From the human T2T-CHM13v2.0 reference genome, Homo sapiens: a stretch of DNA of 64,000 bases. The position numbers and the translations under genes are program-made. Within the stretch, counting starts at the first letter, position 1, and every line of letters begins with the position of its first letter. The stretch lies in the NCBI RefSeq assembly GCF_009914755.1, contig NC_060925.1; one strand, given 5' to 3'. The notes under the pieces were generated by a model. It was not told the origin of the DNA. It saw only the letters and a list, made by a program, of their open reading frames with translations, and made no database searches. Of the stretch, positions 15,479-31,989 are shown one piece after another.

Positions 15479-18400
15479 CAGTGTAATATTTGCCTTTCTG
15501 TAAATGGGATTAAATATGATTTGTAAATAAAGGACATCTGACCTCCTTTTTTGGTACATTAAGGCACTTTATAAATGGACTTTTATTGTCTCATTTTTCG
15601 TATATAATTATTTCCATCATATTCTTTATGGAAGATGCAATTAATTTTAACTTTTTTACTCTTATAAAACCAGTTCCTGACATTTTAAAAAACAATATCT
15701 GTAAAATGGATCCTTTTATGAGTGAATTTTTCTGCTAATTGCCCAAGGCTAAATCCAATTTAAGGATTGCTTAGTTTCTTTATTTTGTTTATGGTCTCTG
15801 AACTGGTATTTTTTTATAAACCAGGCTAATTCACAGGTCATACCATTTCATTCTTGTCGTGTTGGCTTCCAGTCACTGGAAAAGCTTTTGCATTTTAAAG
15901 ATTTTTAGAGCCATGCAAAACTGGGCATTAAATGTTGCATAAAGCAAATCTTTTAAGTAAGGTAAAATGTTGAAGTCTTAACCAGAATTCCTACAACTAA
16001 TTACTAAAACTGCTATTTCTAACTCTTCATGAAAGCATTACCTTTGGAAAGTTAAACTTTTTTTTTCCTTTCATCACCGTCTTTGAAACAAATTATTTTC
16101 CAATTCATAAGAACTTTGGTAAAAAAAAAAATAAAAGGAAATTATATGTTTTTCTTTGGACATTCATTGGAAGGCTTGTTGAAGACATGATCCCCCAGAA
16201 GCCTTAGTGACCCAGATCTCAACCAGAGACTCAAGATAGCCTCAAATACAGTGAAAGATTATGTATCCAAAAAAAAAAAAAAAAAAAAAAGAAAAGGAGC
16301 AGGGAAGGACAGTTCTAGTTAAAGCCAAATGGATGTGAGTCTGACAAGGGTGTCTTTGATTTATATTTCCTAACTGCAAATTACACAGAAAGTGAGAATG
16401 GGGAATAACTTTTATTAAGTATTTATGTGCCAGGCGGTTAGTGTGGCCTTCATGTTATTACATTTAATCCTCAAATTTCTACAAAGGAATAATTTTGCAT
16501 GATTTTATGATTGACGGAGCATTTTCAAATCTCCTCTAATTCTCATAACATCTCTGTGAGGAAGGAATTTTTATCCTTATTTTACAGATGAGGAAGCTGT
16601 TTGGAGATAATTTAAGTGACTTGCCTGGGGAATCTAGCCAGTAGTAGAGTACTGATTAATCAGGTGCTGACATCTGCTCTGCTTTGTGTATGTAATTCAG
16701 CAGTGCTTCAAAGATCCAAGAAGCTGTAGCAGATCTCAATACACTCTCCTATAAAATTAGTGAATAATCACCATGACAAAATTGGTATGGCGGAACAGTC
16801 ATTATACATTATTTAGACTCATTCCTTCTTCCAGTGCCCTTATGATTATTTCCTACCTTTACCATTGATCTTAAACTGTGCAGGCTAAAAAGAGGAACCA
16901 GAACTCCCTTAAGCACTTTTAAGACTATTTAAAAAATAAAGTTTTGTTGGCATTGAAGAGTAAGCTGCTTAAGGGACTGAATGAAAAGATAGTACCCTTT
17001 GTGGCTGTATGAAGAGAGAAACTGAATTTCTATCCAAGAGACCTTAATTTAGTTTATTAGGGAATTATCTTCCCCAAAAGTACAAGTAATTTTGCACTGC
17101 AGGAGAAGGATAAGTAGATTTGATTTACATCACATTTTATACACACCTTTCAAAAGGAAGAAATCTGTTTCATAAATAGTAGTAATCTATGCTTAAACTT
17201 AACATTTAATGTTGACTTCTTACAACAGCCTTGAAAATTATTTGTAATTTTGATCATGATGTTGGAAAGCTTGTAATAAAGAATATCTTTCTCTTCTGCA
17301 TCCTTTTATCCTCAAACTTAGCATGGATTCACATGCTGAGTAAATGTTTGGTTAACTAGTGAACATTTTAGATAGTTGTGTCAAAAATAAGGGTTAGGGA
17401 TAGGTAAAACCAGTAATTTACTGTTTTTTACAGAAGACATCTCAGCATTTCTTTGGCATTTTTGCACAAATAAATGACTATATATTCACCTTGGCCATTT
17501 TTTTTTTTAAGTAGCCCTATGAGCTGCTCATTCTTTTTCATATACAGTGGAAGTATACAGATGTTATCCATTTTACAAATTGTTGGATCGGAATTTGACA
17601 GAATTGGGACTGTGGAACCTGGGTCACTTGAATTTTCTATATTTTGTATGGCCAAATCAGGAACCAGACAGTCTCCATAGTCTCCTTTGTTTTTATGGAA
17701 AATTGCCATATTCACATATTTCATTTATCCTAATGTATTGTCATCCAAAATGAAAGAGGTCTTTCTTGAAGGTGCTTTAAAGACATCACTACATGTATTC
17801 AATTACTGATTTAAATATTCCCAGAATTATTTTTTACCTTTCTCTTTTTCCTCTCAAACACAAAATTTTAGTAGTACCTCCCTCTATTTCTTCACTGATT
17901 TTTCATCTGTTTTCATTGTTATTTCCACTATAGAACTTCTACTTTATACTAGCGGGGAAAATTTTTTTATTTAGAATTTTAATATTTGAATTTTGTTTAT
18001 GTATCACATACTGTGCTACAGTTAGCCTCAATGAAGATTCTATTTTGAACTAGACATCCTGTCAATAGTTTGTCAAGTAACTTCATTGCTTCCTTTGATA
18101 GCAATTCAGTGAAATTTTTTCCCAAGTGATATTTTCCCCCAACTTTTGTGAGTTTGATAAATAGGATGAGTCTTTTATATTGGAAATACTGTGAATGGAA
18201 AATTGCCAAATCCCTTCTTAGTATATTTTAAGCACCCTACAACACTTTACCTCCCTGCCTTTAGTGGTATTTAAACATATGGCCAAGTTAGTATTTGGGT
18301 TTGATTCCTTTGGTGAAGATTAAGGCATCAAAACATTTCTTAAAATGTTTGAGTACAAGGCTAAGTTATAATGTCAACTTTCAAAGACTATGTTGTGATT

Positions 18401-18562
18401 CGGTTTGAATATGCTGAAGTGAGCAATTATGATTTGCCCAAGTGCAATACAACAAATCTATAATGTATATTTCACATTTTCTACTTGAACACATTCATGT
18501 ATATATTTTGTTAAACTTCATATGTATTTAAAAAGAATCATGAACTGTATCAAAATTCTTTC

Positions 18563-18568
18563 AATAAA
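18563..18568 (+). terminator. Distal poly(A) signal of SLC30A7
   Basis: AATAAA preceded by several TGTA motifs and followed by ttgtgtctt. Confidence 0.65.
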
Positions 18569-20899
18569 ATTTCTATTTAAAAATCTCTACCTGAATTGTG
18601 TCTTATCAGTTTGACGAACTGAAACAAACACTGTGAATCTTACAGGTATTGGAATAGATACTAGAGGACTTAAGGAATGAAAGGCAAAGAATGATTCTCA
18701 GAGCCAAGAAACAGCAGAACTTACTAGGAGAGAAGAGATGCTAGGAGGTTGGAAGTATCTTTACATTGTGAACAGCCTCATTGTGGCTCTTAGTCAGCAT
18801 CTGACCTCATAAACATGTCTCGAAGTATTTACTTCCAGATATTTCCATCACTCCCAAGTTGTTCTCTCATCTCAGTTTCTATGGATGACTTTGTCTTATA
18901 TGACGTGAAGACCAAAACATCTGATGTGAGCCTCCATTATCCTTCCAAATTTTTCCCTCTGATTAGATGCAATTCTTTTTTAAAATAACTTCTTCCACAG
19001 TATCCCATGCACCACTCATGTCACCTTCCTTCTCAAAGGTATTCTTACCAAAGCAGCTTCTTTACTATCATCAATCTCTGCCATACTTCAAGGCTTTATC
19101 CTCAGCATGTCTGCTGTCAGATTCCTTGTATGTGGTCTACATTTGCTGCTTCTACCTCCTTTCTAACCATTTCCATAGCTCCTAGTAGTATAGCTTCACT
19201 CCTCCCTATTTCGTAGAAGTTGCTTCAAGGCCATCAGTGGCTTCTCGTCACATTCATGGCAGAACTACCAGCATATCAAATTCAAAATTGAAGAAAACAA
19301 ATCTTTCCCATTCAATTCTCAACTACCAATTTGTCGGAATTCTTCATAGAATTCTTAGAAAACTAAGCAATGCCCTGTCACCTCCATTTCCTGAATCCCT
19401 TATCATAAAACGTCTTTCTTCCTTTGAAATCTTTTACTTTCTTTTCCATTCCCACTGCCCTATTCCAGGATTTCACTGATGACTGCAAGCAGAATCACTT
19501 TCCTTGCCCAACTCTAGCCACCTCCATTTCAGCCCCCACCCAAACAATTTTGGCTTTGGCCTGGAGTACAAGGAATTTTTGTTGAATCCAACTTTTGTCC
19601 AGGTGCTTTTGAAGCATTTGTCCTGTCCTGGCTTCCTGAATGCCGGGAGCTGGCCCCTCTGCATACCTGCTAGATTGAGACTCCCTACCTATCCTGTCTT
19701 CTCTGTAATTAGCCTCTGGCCTAATTCTACAGTGGCCTGTCAACACTCCTACAGAGCAGCCTCTTCTGTTTACACACTGGGTTAGGAAGTTGTTTGGTAC
19801 AATACTGCACCGGCCAATCTTATGTAGAGTTTTGGCTTTCCTAACCGCAGAAGCCACCCCATGTTAAACTGGTCTTGCTTTCCCAGTTTCCACTTGCAGT
19901 CCTCTAGCTCAGGAATCTTGAGTGGCTCCCTAATGCTTATCAAGTGTAAACTCTTCTGAACAACTTTCGAAACTTAAATGCATTTCATTCCCTCCTTAAA
20001 TCAAACCCTTGATATGGCACCAAACTTTTCATTAGTCTAGAGCAAAAAAACAGCAGAGACAAGGAGGAGCAAACAGGTTCAATAGATATAGACAGAATGA
20101 CAGCAATTTACTACTTTTTTTCATTCTTTCCAAAAAAAAGAAACAGCATTTTAATGGGATTCTAGTTCATTAAAACATTATCAGCTCATCCAGTTCTACT
20201 TTGAGGCAAAAAAAAAAAAAAACAAAACAAAACAAAACAAAAAAAACTACCATGAAATTCAGGCTTAGCACATGCTACCAACATTTAAATTCACAATTCA
20301 AATTTATCTGCTAATGTTGACAGTAAGAAATGCATAGTCTGGCACAGTGTAGGCAAGGCAATCAGTTTATTGAAGAAATGGATGAATTTTGCTTTTTAAT
20401 GTAAACTTTAACTCCTCTTTGAAAAGTGATTCTGTATGAATTGTTAAAGTGAATAGTACTCTTTTTGTGAAAGAGCAACTGCTAAAACTAAAGAATAAAG
20501 CAAAATAATACAAAGACCTTATAAAAATTATTTCCTGAATGTAGCCACCAAATGGCATTGTTTAAATGTGGTATTTTTTAAGTAAACAAGATATTCAGAT
20601 TCACATATAAGCAGGAGCACTTAGATAGCAATTAAGGCTTGGCTTGGCCATTTGGCTTGGACTTTTGAGTATGTCATTGTGACTTGTAAAATTACAAATA
20701 AAATAAGGTCCATCTGATTAGCCGTCGCTGTCTTCCACCCTAGACAATAAGTTAGATCATAATGTTCAGATTTACAGGGTTTATTGTCCTGTATGTGCAT
20801 CATACTACTTTCCCCGTGAGCAATAATTTGTACACAGGTCATATTGGTTTCTACAGACCTCAGAAGAAGGCAAAGTTACTACATTTGTAGTTACATTAG

Positions 20900-23710
<2,811 letters not shown>

Positions 23711-24029
23711 TTTATAGTATTAAAGAGCTAAACACTATTAAATAATCAAATGTATGCAGCCTTCAGGTATTTCTATTTTAACTAACATTGGATTTCAGAG
23801 AACAGACTGAAAACACTATTGTTCATCCTTTCCCTGCTGAGTAGTGCAGTGTTCATTTTACAATTTCATTTAAATTGAGGTTAAGTTACATACAGAACAG
23901 AATTGCCAGATTTAGCAGACAGAGGAACCTGGTTAAGTTTAATTTCAAATAAAAATTTGGTAGGTTCCCTACTACCACCCTTGGTAGCTTTTTTCTTTTA
24001 TCCTTGGTTTTCATCAGTTTTACCTGTTA

Positions 24030-25280
24030 CGTTAGTTATGATTTTCTTTATTTATTCCACTTGGGGTTCACTCAGTTTATTGGATCTGTGAGTTGATAGC
24101 TTTACCAAATTTGAGGTAATTCTGGCCTGTAAGTTACTTATATTTTCTTCTGCCCTATTTTCCTTCTATTCTTCTGGAAATCCAGTTACATATGTTAAAT
24201 AGCTTGATATTTCCCCAAATGGCATTGAGGCTTTCTGTTGTCTTCCTTCTAATCTTTTCTTCTCTTTTCCTCAGATTGGACAATTTCTTTCATGTGTCAT
24301 CTCTATGCTACGGTTAAACCCAACCATTTTCTTTTAATGTTACCACATTTTGGGTGAGAATATATATCTATATTCATTCATTACAACCACCCTACCTTTT
24401 TGTCCATGAACATAGTTCTAAAAACTGCTTTAAAAATCCTTGTCTGCCAATTCCACCATCATCTAGTTTATGTTCGGATTTTTTTTTCTGTTGTCTGCTC
24501 TTTTTTTTTTTTTTAAACCATAAGCTATAAACTGTATTTCCTTATTTCTCTGGATACCCTATAGCATTTTATTGTATTCCAGTCATTGTTTATATGTTAT
24601 ACAGATTCATTTTATCATACTCTGAAGAGTGCTAAGCTTTGATCTCATTTAAAGTATTGGCTAATCACCTTGATTTTATATTATGTTAAAGGTTTCATCC
24701 TTAGTTTTAGCATAAATCTTTAGTCTTGTGCACAGCCTTTACTAATACATGGCCATTCTGGGGTTTGGGAAGCTCAAGGTTCTATCAAGCCCTTCTAACT
24801 TGTCAGAATTCAAACTTGAAACTGTGTCTTCTATTGCAATAGAAAACAGCCGTCTCTGTTCAGCTTCTTGAGCCTTCCAACTGTGGCTTTCCACCAAGGT
24901 CCTTGGAGTCTTCCCGGGGCATGCACGGTTCGAGAGTTAGCTAAGGATTTAAGGAGAGATCATATGCAGACAGGAAGCCTCCTCCATTTCTGACACCTTC
25001 ATTTCTAGGATCTGCTGCTTTAATTTTCAGTTCTTCTAGCGGCCTTTAATTCCATCCTAACACCTCAAGCCAGTAAGATTGCAACTTTCTCTTGAGTTCT
25101 AGCCACGCCTTACCACACAGTCTGGGAAAGACCGAAGGGGAAAAACCATATATAGTTCACAGCTGGTTTCAGTGACTCCCTAGAGTTTTTAGACCATTGT
25201 TTATTATATTTTGTCCACAGTTTATAATTGGGAGGGTTTGTACATTACAAGCTATTACACCATTACCAAAACCAGAAGTC
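24030..25280 (-). mobile_element. Old L1M 5'/ORF1 fragment, opposite orientation
   Basis: Reverse-complement similarity to the ORF1-like segment at 21900-22180. Confidence 0.6.
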
Positions 25281-25307
25281 CTTCATTATATAGTTCTTAA
25301 ATGTTTA

Positions 25308-25722
<415 letters not shown>

Positions 25723-26476
25723 AGAGATGTTTCATATATATATAAATATTTCTTATCTCAAATGAAGTAAAATAAGTCAAATAATCTTTAGCTAATTGAT
25801 GATCCCAGGGAATAGGGAAATCTGTTCAAATTTCAATGAATTTACTAAGTAAAGAGCTCAGAAAAATTGGTTAGGCCATGGAAATACTTAGAGTTGAACC
25901 AACTGAACTAGGATATAAGAAAGCTATTTCTATTCAGAACTGAAACTCTTTGAAATGAAATATAATAAATGGAGTGTTATTTAATACTAGTAAGAAGAGT
26001 GTGACTACTCGCACATATACAATGGCATATTAACTGAATTAAGTTATATGGCATATCTTGACTAATCCATTGTTGCCTTAAAACTTACATTTTTAAAAAT
26101 TTTATTTTGTAGTCAGCAAGTTTTCCATTTGTCTGCTTGGATGTGAAAGATGCTATTTAAAACCAAACAGCAACTGTACAAGGCTGGCTGAACATTTATA
26201 ATTAAACAATCTTATAACCTCCAAAATACAGCAGAGTATGAGCCACGTAATTAGGATGTCAGCTAACCAAGACAGTGAATTCAGAAGAATGTCATTTTGT
26301 GGCATGTGCTCAGCTGAGCTTTAAGTCAGACTGCTGGATGGAAATGTAATCTTTCTACCTTTGTTTATATACACTAATACCAGCTGCTGTCAGGACAACT
26401 CCTCATGCAGTAGGGACAGCTAACTTTTTTAAAAAGAAGAAAATTATAAACATATTTTGTGAACATTTACTAATCT

Positions 26477-26482
26477 TTTATT
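26477..26482 (-). terminator. DPH5 poly(A) signal AATAAA
   Basis: tttatt on +; a T-rich region follows on the minus strand. Confidence 0.7.
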
Positions 26483-26846
26483 TGCTTTTCTTGGCACTCA
26501 TAACATTTTTTACCCTTTAAAACAGATTCAAGTGATTCAAATTCCAGTTACCTCTAAGTTATATTCTGTTAACAACCACCTTGTATAAATTGGTTTCATA
26601 AATAAAAACTGCTCTTAAATGATTCTGTCAGTGGATGTCTATCCACAAGCTTTCCAGCCTGGTCTGCTTTATGTGTACATCCTGAAAATTTGCCAAAATA
26701 GCAGCAACAACTGATGATATCATAGGGAAAAAACTCACTGCCACAAGAAACCAAGCATTGTTGAGTCAACTTCTTTTTGGTCACTTGTTTTATACTTACT
26801 AGATAAGCCAAAAGACCTGTTTGTTACACAAACATGCATGCATCCA

Positions 26847-27191
26847 GGTATTAATCCATTCTCACACTGCTATGAAGAAATACCCGAGACTGGGTAATTA
26901 TAAAAGAGGTTTAATTTTCGACTCACAGTTCCACATGGCTGGGAAGGCCTCAGGAAACTTAACAATCACGGTGGAAGGCACCTCTTCACAGGGCGGCAAG
27001 AGTGAGAATGAGAGCCAGTAGGGGAAATGCCAGGCACTTATAAAACCATCAGATCTCATGAAAGCTCACTATCATGAGAATAGCATGAGGGAAACTGCCC
27101 CCATGATTCAATTACCTACCACAACACCTGGGAATTATGAGGATTAAAATTCAAGATGAGACTTGGGTGGGGATACATCCAAACCATATCA
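26847..27191 (-). mobile_element. THE1/MST-type ERVL-MaLR solo LTR in the DPH5 3'UTR
   Basis: Minus strand begins TGATATGGTTTGG; 5-bp TSD ATCCA at 26842-26846 and 27192-27196. Confidence 0.92.
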
Positions 27192-27239
27192 ATCCATATA
27201 TGGCTGAAATTTACATCAGACAATGGTAAATATCTATGT

Positions 27240-27463
27240 TCAAAGTCCATTGATGCTTTGAGATTCTGAGCTATTTTCTGGTATGGAAAACAGACTTAGC
27301 ATCTCCATCTCCATTGGATGTATGCTGCCTCCTGTGATGATCAAGGAATGCAATGGTTCTCCCAAGTCCACAGTGCACATTTGCCTTAAAGTGCCTGCTG
27401 CAATTTTCTGGTCGTCGGCTCCAACCCTGGCTAAGCCAACACAAAGTGTCTCCTCGGTAACTG
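27240..27463 (-). CDS. DPH5: DPH5 exon 8, coding part to TGA
   Basis: Poly-T tract and taatag|CAG; (A)VTEETLCVGLARVGADDQKIAAGTLRQMCTVDLGEPLHSLIITGGSIHPMEMEMLSLFSIPENSSESQSINGL*. All exons sum to 858 nt. Confidence 0.97.
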
Positions 27464-28337
27464 CTATTAAAAAAAAAAGATACTGCTATTCAATTCAGCA
27501 AATGCATCATCCATCCAACAGTCAAACAAACATTAGTACCACAAGTACATTTCAAGAAGCCCCAAATATCTTAAATCTCTTTTGCCACTTATGGACCAGT
27601 TATCCATTAATTCATCCAAGGGATTTTCTAAATCATTTGTATTACCTAATATAAAAGAGTACTTCCAAACTTTACCCTTTCAGAATTACAAAGGCTTACA
27701 CTAAGCTTTTAGGACTTGACAAGCTATACTTACACTCTACAATTGCACAGCATTCGTTTTTAAATAAGTTCTGAGTAAACAATGTTTATTACACACAGGT
27801 TTTTAATAACTTGCTTGAGATAATGTTCATATTGACCTAGATATACTGAAGAAACCATGAGATTATGAAATAAATTCACAGATTTGAGTTTCTGCCTTGC
27901 CATCCAATTAGCTGTGTGATAAACTTCAGTTTTCTCATTTTTTAAAATGTAATACTCCCTCTTTTAAATCATGGTAATGAGAGCTAAGATAGTAGATATG
28001 AGACTAGTAGACTATAGATTCCTTAACAAATAATGAGCATTTGGCACTATTTATGTTTTTCAGTTAAAAACAGCCAGCCTTAGCTTTAGTATTATTCACT
28101 CTGGTGCTACAGCTAAAGAGCTGACCCTTTAATGGTTGTATTGTTTAGTTGGGAAAGGGGTCTTGATTGAACAATGATCAAAAGGGGGCAAATGGTTTAT
28201 CCAAGGACAAACAGGAATGCAGGAAACTTCTGTACAAAGTTATGGATATAGAACATCCTTGCAGACTATTTGTTTCACGACTTTAACATGGCCTACTAAT
28301 GAGAATAAAATAAGCAACAATCACTCAAGAATCTCTT

Positions 28338-28635
28338 GACTGGGTGCGGTGACTCGCACCTGTAATCCCAGCATTTTGGGAGGCTGAGGCAGGCGGATCG
28401 CTTGAGCTCAGGAGTTTGAGACCAGCTGGGCAACATGGTGAAACCCCATCTCCACCAAAAATACAAAAAAATTAGCTGGGTGTGGTGGCATGCACCTGTA
28501 GTCCCAGCTACTCAAGTGGCTAAGGTGAGAGGGTGGCTTGAGCCCGGGAGGCAGAGGTTGCAGTGAGCCATGATTGCACCACTGCACTCTAACTTGGGCA
28601 ACAAAGCAAGACCCCATCTCAAAAAAAAAAAAAAA
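28338..28635 (+). mobile_element. Alu (J-like)
   Basis: Full dimer with A tail. Confidence 0.93.
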
Positions 28636-28646
28636 GTCTCACAGTG

Positions 28647-28943
28647 GGCCAGGCGTGGTGGTTCACACCTGTAATCCCAACACTTTGGGAGGCTTTGGGA
28701 GGCTGAGGTGGGAGGATTGCTTGAGCCAAGGAATTCGAGAAAAGCCTGGGCAACATGGTGAAACCCTGTCTCTACCAAAAACACACAAAGAAATTAGCTG
28801 GGCATGGTGGCATGCACTTGTAGTTCAGCTAAGGTGGGAGGATCACTTGAGCCCAGGAGGTGGAGGCTGCAATGAGCTGAGATAGTGCCTCTGCACTCCA
28901 GCCTGCGTGACAAAGTGAGACCCTCTCTCAAAAAAAAAAAAAA
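28647..28943 (+). mobile_element. Alu (J-like), tandem to the previous one
   Basis: Dimer with an internal ctttgggagg duplication. Confidence 0.93.
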
Positions 28944-29468
28944 GAACCTCCCATAAAGATTTATTGACAATAAACATTTCTATTATATACCACACACTGT
29001 GTCTACATATTAGGAATATAAGAACAAATTTTCTCTTATATTTACCCTGAAGAAAACTATTCCTAGTCTCAATATTAAGAATGAAAGGAGGGAGAATAAA
29101 AGAACGATAAGTATATTTTTGCAGGATAGATCTCACCATTGATTAGGGATAACATAATAGATATATTTTACAAAAATATTTATACAGTAATATATTTATA
29201 TCAAATGTGACTTATGTTTAATTTGTGAAAAATCCTCACTTTCTGGAATGGTGTTAATTATACTATAAAAGAATGCCAATTTTTTTTTCTTTCACTACAA
29301 CTTGAAGCCTATGGGATTTAAGTTAAAGTTGGACAAAAATGACAAGAAATAGTACAATACAAAAATACTGACTCTTGCTTCCATAGTGGTATGAGATATT
29401 AAGTCATATACACATCTAAATGTAGTAACAGAGGAATAATATGAGAGCCCTTCTAGTGTCTTGAGTAC

Positions 29469-29572
29469 CTGGTTCTTCTCCTCGTATTCTTTGATTTTGA
29501 ACAATCTCCAGAAGCTGCTGGGCTGCTTGGTTTACACTCATATACCGTGGAGGTTCATAGATCTTCCTTCCC
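29469..29572 (-). CDS. DPH5: DPH5 exon 7
   Basis: cctatag|GGGAAG...CCAG|gtactc, 104 nt; GRKIYEPPRYMSVNQAAQQLLEIVQNQRIRGEEP. Confidence 0.97.
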
Positions 29573-30102
29573 CTATAGGCAGAAAACTAGATGCCACTGT
29601 TCTTAGCCATGAAACTACATAATATGTTATTAATGCAATTAGCTCTCCCAGGTATACTCAAGTACCACAGTCTACATTCTGTTTGATGTTTTTTTACATG
29701 TACTCACTTTAAGCATACACAAAAGCATGATGATTGTTCATTTCTTAAGCTTTTTCATTGTTCTAATTTAACTTTCCTCTGATCTCACTGAAATGATGGC
29801 AGGAACACATAAAGATAGATGTCTAAATGAAAGTTATCTTTATTCAAAGTGATACCTTTGGTAAAAACAATTCAAAGTAAGTGGCAATTTGGTCTATACT
29901 CTAGCTTAATCAGGTTATTTAGTGTCCTTTTTATGACCATTTTTAAACCACATATTCTTTTCACTGTTTCCTCTAAGAAAAGTAAACTAAAGCATCTTGG
30001 ATGCTTAAAAATCTCAGGTGATGGCATACGTTTATTTCTGTATGCCTCAAAAGCCTATCAGGCTTGCCGAACTATCATATTAACAAAAATATAGCCATTG
30101 CA

Positions 30103-30385
30103 GGCCAGGCGTGGTGGCTCATGCCTGTAATCCCAGCACTTTGGGAGGCAGAGGCGGGTGGATCACAAAGTCAGGAGTTTGAGACCAGCCTGACCAACAT
30201 GGTGAAACTCCGTCTCTACTAAAAATAAAAAAAATTAGCGTGGCTTGGTGGCGCACGCCTGTAATCCCAGCTACTCAGAAGACTGAGACAGGAGAATCAA
30301 TTGAACCCGGGAGACGGAGGTTGCAGCGAGCTGAGATGACACCACTGCACTCCAGCCTGGGCGACAGAGCAAGACTCTGTCGAAA

Positions 30386-30437
<52 letters not shown>
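30103..30437 (+). mobile_element. AluS with a (TA)n microsatellite tail
   Basis: TSD atatagc(c/t)attg; (TA)n at ~30393-30437. Confidence 0.95.
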
Positions 30438-30439
<2 letters not shown>

Positions 30440-30499
30440 CTATTGTGGCTTACAACACAGTTCAAATAGATTATTTTACTGACTCTCAAAAAAATTCTG

Positions 30500-31260
30500 T
30501 CAGTGCTATCCAATAGAAATATAAATGAAGCCATATATAGAATCAAGTTTTCTAGTAGCCATATTAACAAAAAAGTTTGTAAAAAGGCAATTTTTTTTTT
30601 TAAGACAGTCTCACTCTGTTGCCCAGGCTGCAGTACAGTGGCGTGATATTGGTTCACTGCAACCTCTGCCTCCTGGGTTCAAGCAATTCTCTGCCTCAGC
30701 CTCCCGAGTAGCTGGGATTACAGGTGCCTGCCACCATGCCTGGCTAATTTTTTTTGTATTTTTAGTACAGACGGGGTTTCACCATCTTGGCCAGGCTGGT
30801 CTCGAACTGCTGACCTCGTGATCCACCTGCCTCGGCCTCCCAAAGTACTGGGATTACAGGCATGAGCCACCACGCCCAGCCAAAAAAGGCAAAAATTTTA
30901 ATATTTTAATTAATCCAAAATGTTGTAATTTAACACCTACTCATATAAAAATTATTAAAGAGATTGTTTTTATATTAAGTCTTTGAAATCTGATATGTTC
31001 TTACAGCACACCTTAATTTGGATATTAAATTTTCATTGGAAATAGTTGATCTGTATTTAACTTTCATAAAATTTATGGTTTTAACAGTTGATTTATATAC
31101 TAAAGCTGTTCCAAACATACTTAAAAGTTTTCCAATAACAGAGTATCATTTTTTAATTAATTAAAATTAAATGAAAAATTCAGTTCCTCAGTCACATTAG
31201 CCACATTTCAAATGCTCCTTAGTCACAAGTGGGTAGGGGGTACTGTATTAGACACTGCCT
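30500..31260. mobile_element. MER33/Charlie5-like hAT element split by an Alu
   Basis: cagtgctatccaatagaaatata start and tagccacatttcaaatgctc...gtactgtattagacactgc end. Confidence 0.7.
30591..30881 (-). mobile_element. AluS
   Basis: TSD aaaaaggcaa. Confidence 0.95.
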
Positions 31261-31352
31261 CTCTAAGTAAAAAAGGATTAGTACTATCATTATACATCTG
31301 AAGAAAATAAGGCTCAGAGATGGAAGTAACTTGCCCAAGAGCACTCAACTAG

Positions 31353-31697
<345 letters not shown>

Positions 31698-31949
31698 TAA
31701 TTCATTCCACAAACACTGAGTGTCTGTTAGATGCCAACCACTGTTCTCAGTGTTGAATCCACAAAATATATTGCTATTTCTACTCTATTATACTGCTTAT
31801 CATTTCGTAAGAATAAAAATGCTTAATGTTCACACTGTTAATGAGAGCTCATTTTCAACCATCTTTAGAACTCAGGTCATTTAAGTAGAATGTATTGAAT
31901 TGTTCAAGGAAATAAAACACATGTATGCATTCTCAGAATAATAACTTAC

Positions 31950-31989
31950 TTGATTAGATTTTCCAAAGACTGCTCCTTTACTTTGATGT
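31950..31989 (-). CDS. DPH5: DPH5 exon 6
   Basis: cctacag|ACATC...ATCAA|gtaagt, 40 nt; (D)IKVKEQSLENLI(K); phases fit both neighbours. Confidence 0.96.

Larger units (their letters stand above)
26460..27239 (-). other. DPH5: DPH5 3'UTR
   Basis: Runs from the stop to just past the minus-strand AATAAA at 26477-26482; includes an LTR. Confidence 0.7.

Noticed and set aside
19473-19857. Overlapping ORFs of 63-120 aa in a slightly GC-richer intergenic patch
   Set aside because: No recognisable protein or splice context; possibly an old repeat I cannot name.
27283-27654. 123-aa + strand ORF
   Set aside because: Largely the antisense shadow of DPH5 exon 8, running into intron; no recognisable family.
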